A DNA stretch of 64,000 nucleotides from Albugo candida (Eukaryota): the NCBI GenBank assembly GCA_040437565.1, contig JBDOQK010000008.1:372001-436000 (forward strand). Reading direction: 5' to 3'. The notes under the pieces were generated by a model. That model was not told the origin of the DNA and did not search any database. It saw nothing but the letters and a program-made list of their open reading frames with translations. The stretch's first letter is position 1, and each line of letters opens with the position of its first letter. Shown here piece by piece: positions 61,069 to 64,000 of the stretch. The translations under genes and the position numbers were made by a program.

Positions 61069-62220
61069 TGTACGCCAGTATCGAATACCAATTCCGGTAC
61101 GGAGTAAATGGCGTTGAGTATGCGTGAAGGCTTGACAACAGCCTGACAAACAAAAACTGAGAGAGTATTGCGGTCAGCAAGTTGTCCACGTGCCTCTGTA
61201 CTTGTGTGTGTTCTTTCCAATCGTATATCAGACCCATCACACGGATGGGCGATTTCTGGCTTTTCGTAGGTCCAAAGAACATACTTTTTCGTTATGGACA
61301 CGGAGAAGAAAGGGAAGACATTTGATCCATTGTATCGATTGTAAGCACGTAAAAGAAGTGTTTATACTTTATAGCAGCGCGTTGTATTCAACCTAAAAAC
61401 ATATTGGATGGCTGGGTAGAGATCTGATCGCCATAGATATCGGACAGGCGATAACTGGCTTTATTGTCTAAAGTAGGACGTCCATAAAGACTTGAAATTT
61501 TTAAGGAAGGTTGACAACTCCTTTCTCTGACATTCTATTGTAGCGTTGCACTCGAATGACAAGCACCGTGTCAGCAAGGAAATTTATGTCGTTGTGTTGT
61601 CATAGAGATATTTGTACCAGTGTCTACCATGCAATCTTGATGTGACATCTCTATCATTAAGCCTGATAAAGTGTTGCGCCATCACATTAGTGCGTCAGAT
61701 AGTGTGGGTTTATTATGCTAGGATCGAAATCGAAAATGAAAGTATTGTGTCTGTTGATAAATTGGTTTCAAAATTAATCAACGGAGCTGACGTGCACTCA
61801 TCCAACGCTTGCTTCAATAGGTATAAAGTGCATGCTCTGTGATTTCAGGCTTTCAGACACTTTTTACAATCCTCGAGGATACACGATACATCTTACGCAA
61901 AGTACTCTGCAATCGAACTACGATAAATAGGCTTAACTCCTCACAGGAGCCCATAAAGAAGCCTGGTTCGTAGCACTGGTTCACTTTACGTGACGCGTTC
62001 TTGCGGATGGATACACGCGCAGTCAATCGCACGATAGTGAGCGCTCTCCATAAGTATCAAAACAGTATCTGATACCATGAGGCAATATCTGATTCGCAGT
62101 TAATAGCGATCGCATGCTTCCATGCAATAATGAAAATAGACTCTGGGCAATGTCCTAATTAACGCTATTATAGAATTCGCAATACACCAACAGACACAAC
62201 CTTTTCATTGCATTGATTCG

Positions 62221-64000
62221 ATGAACCAGTATCCAGAGATATCCTCTGATAAAAGTTCCATTCAGAGACAATCAGCGAAGCAATTAGAAGCGTTGCTTTT
62301 AAACTCCAAAGGCGCTGAGAAAAACGATCTTCAAAATGAGACTTGCATTTTAGATGCCGACTTTCTGATTGCGCAAGCAGGAAACTACGATCTAAACGCC
62401 ACGAAAGAGGTTTGCTTGCTTCTACTCTCCTCAGCATAATTGCTCACATATTGTATCAGCTAATTCTTCGCGAAGTTGGAATAACAGACATTGATCCGCA
62501 TTGTGCGCAAGCGCTCTTCTCCTTAGAGATACTCTCTTTATCACACAATCGTCTATCCTCTTTGGATCACTTTCACCACTTTGTCAATCTCATTGAAGTA
62601 ATGCTCACTCCGATAACTATCGTGTGCTCTTGAGATATCATTTTGTTTCAGCTCAACTTAAATTTCAATCGAATTTCTTCATTGGAGCCTCTTAAGGTTG
62701 TCAATTTTGCATCCTTGTCAGCTTCGATCTGCTCATTTTCATCCATAGTGCACGCAATTGGAGAAGCTCTTTGTCGCACACAATGAGGTATGAAGCCATG
62801 TCGAACTGGTTGAGGCTTTGGCTAGTAGTTTCTGCAGATTACCGATCTATCTCCGATAAGATCTTTCTCCAAGCTGACGACACTTTGTGTATTTGGGAAT
62901 CAATTGAGTAATCTAGAATCTGTATTACATGTTTGCCGGGCGCTACCAAAGGTGAGGAGCTGTTGGGTGCAATAGAGGATTGCTTGCTTGAGCATTTACG
63001 AAAGTCTTTAGCTGCAATCTCTCGACATTGGAGATAATCCATCCACACGACAAAATGCTCGGAATCCGGAAGAGAGCAAAGGTGCAACGCGATACAAATT
63101 CACTATCATACGAAATCTTCCTCGACTGAGACAATTGGATGGTGATTCGATCACACGACTCGATAAAGACCTTGCTGATGAAGAGGTGGAAATGCTTGGT
63201 GAATGTGATAACAATGAGTGCAGCATCCCTCCTCCACGGCCAATAACTGGTAATAAATGTCTTGCGAGCGCCCAGACTCGAAATCCAAGTGGTACGAAGG
63301 TTCGTTGGTCGATTTAACATATCCATTCATTTGTGCTTCTTGATAGCATTCGATCCCTTTTCGAGTGAAGAAATGCCACAAGGCAACGTACGCTTATTTC
63401 GCGATGAATATCTCAACAATCACCCGATTTTGCTGGGATATCTCGCTAAAAGTGCCGATGGAAGCGTAGATGAATCCATAACGGCACCTCGCCGGGAAAG
63501 CACTTTAGAGGCGTCAATGAGTGCGAGAAATGGAGCTGGCTTTGTTGAGCGAATGCGGAACGCAAACTCGGAGATGGATGATTCTAATCTACTCCAAACG
63601 GAAGAAAGGGATTTGGAGGATACGGGACGTTCCACGCCGATCTTGGATTTAGCAAACGTCAGTATGCAGACGACCCATTCTGCCGTAGATCCTTCCGACC
63701 CGAACACAACCATACGAAAGCTCGTTAATCATATTGAACGGCTCCAAGTAAGCAACCCTTTTTTACTTCATCTCATTGATCTTGATCGACAAATTGTTAG
63801 GTAAAGATTGAAAAGCTTCAAAGAGATCCTCTCAGTCATTCTTACGATCTTCTTCGAGAAGAGAACAAAAGACTTTTGCTCGAGAATCGCAATATTTCCA
63901 TTCTCCAGCATGAAATATGTCAGCTGAAAGAGCGTCCATCAACCGCACATTGCAATGGAGGCGACACAACACGGCTAAAATCGTTGGAGGTGCTGAGCAA
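62221..64000 (+). CDS. Sds22-like LRR plus LRRcap and coiled-coil protein, multi-exon, runs off the window end
   Basis: LEILSLSHNRLSSLDHF, LNLNFNRISSLEPL, LEKLFVAHN, IRNLPRLRQLDGDSIT, then a coiled coil. Start uncertain (alternative near 62008). Confidence 0.7.

Noticed and set aside
1-64000. Prokaryotic systems (CRISPR arrays, operons, defence islands) and the many short antisense ORFs in the track
   Set aside because: The sequence is spliceosomal-intron eukaryotic DNA; no repeat-spacer array was seen, and the short ORFs are shadows of real exons.

Overview
Eukaryotic, intron-rich, very compact genomic scaffold. Short 50-70 nt introns, tiny intergenic spacers and the gene content suggest an oomycete, most like Albugo (my inference). 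It holds about 19 recognisable multi-exon genes: a myristoylated plant-type LRR protein, MAEA/FYV10, KICS2/C12orf66, NOC4, GCP3, a DDE-less CENP-B/pogo HTH protein, cytosolic LeuRS, ULK4/RUNKEL, an F-box/kelch protein, FYVE-DUSP, TTI2, UTP25, an RRM protein, GNB1L/ASA1, neurochondrin, a PH-PGAM5-like fusion, PEX2, a FYVE-DEP-FCS-finger protein and a truncated LRR/coiled-coil gene. A nested transposon island (about 42.6-48.1 kb) contains a Tc1 relic, a chromodomain Gypsy relic with three short LTR copies, and a highly structured tRNA-derived SINE inserted into the integrase with a perfect 13-14 bp TSD and an A-tail. Ten 100-N gaps are present; eight have duplicated flanks (assembly overlaps), and one of these pairs shows two haplotypes. 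Gene identities come from motif recognition by eye, with no database searches, and exon boundaries are approximate unless stated.
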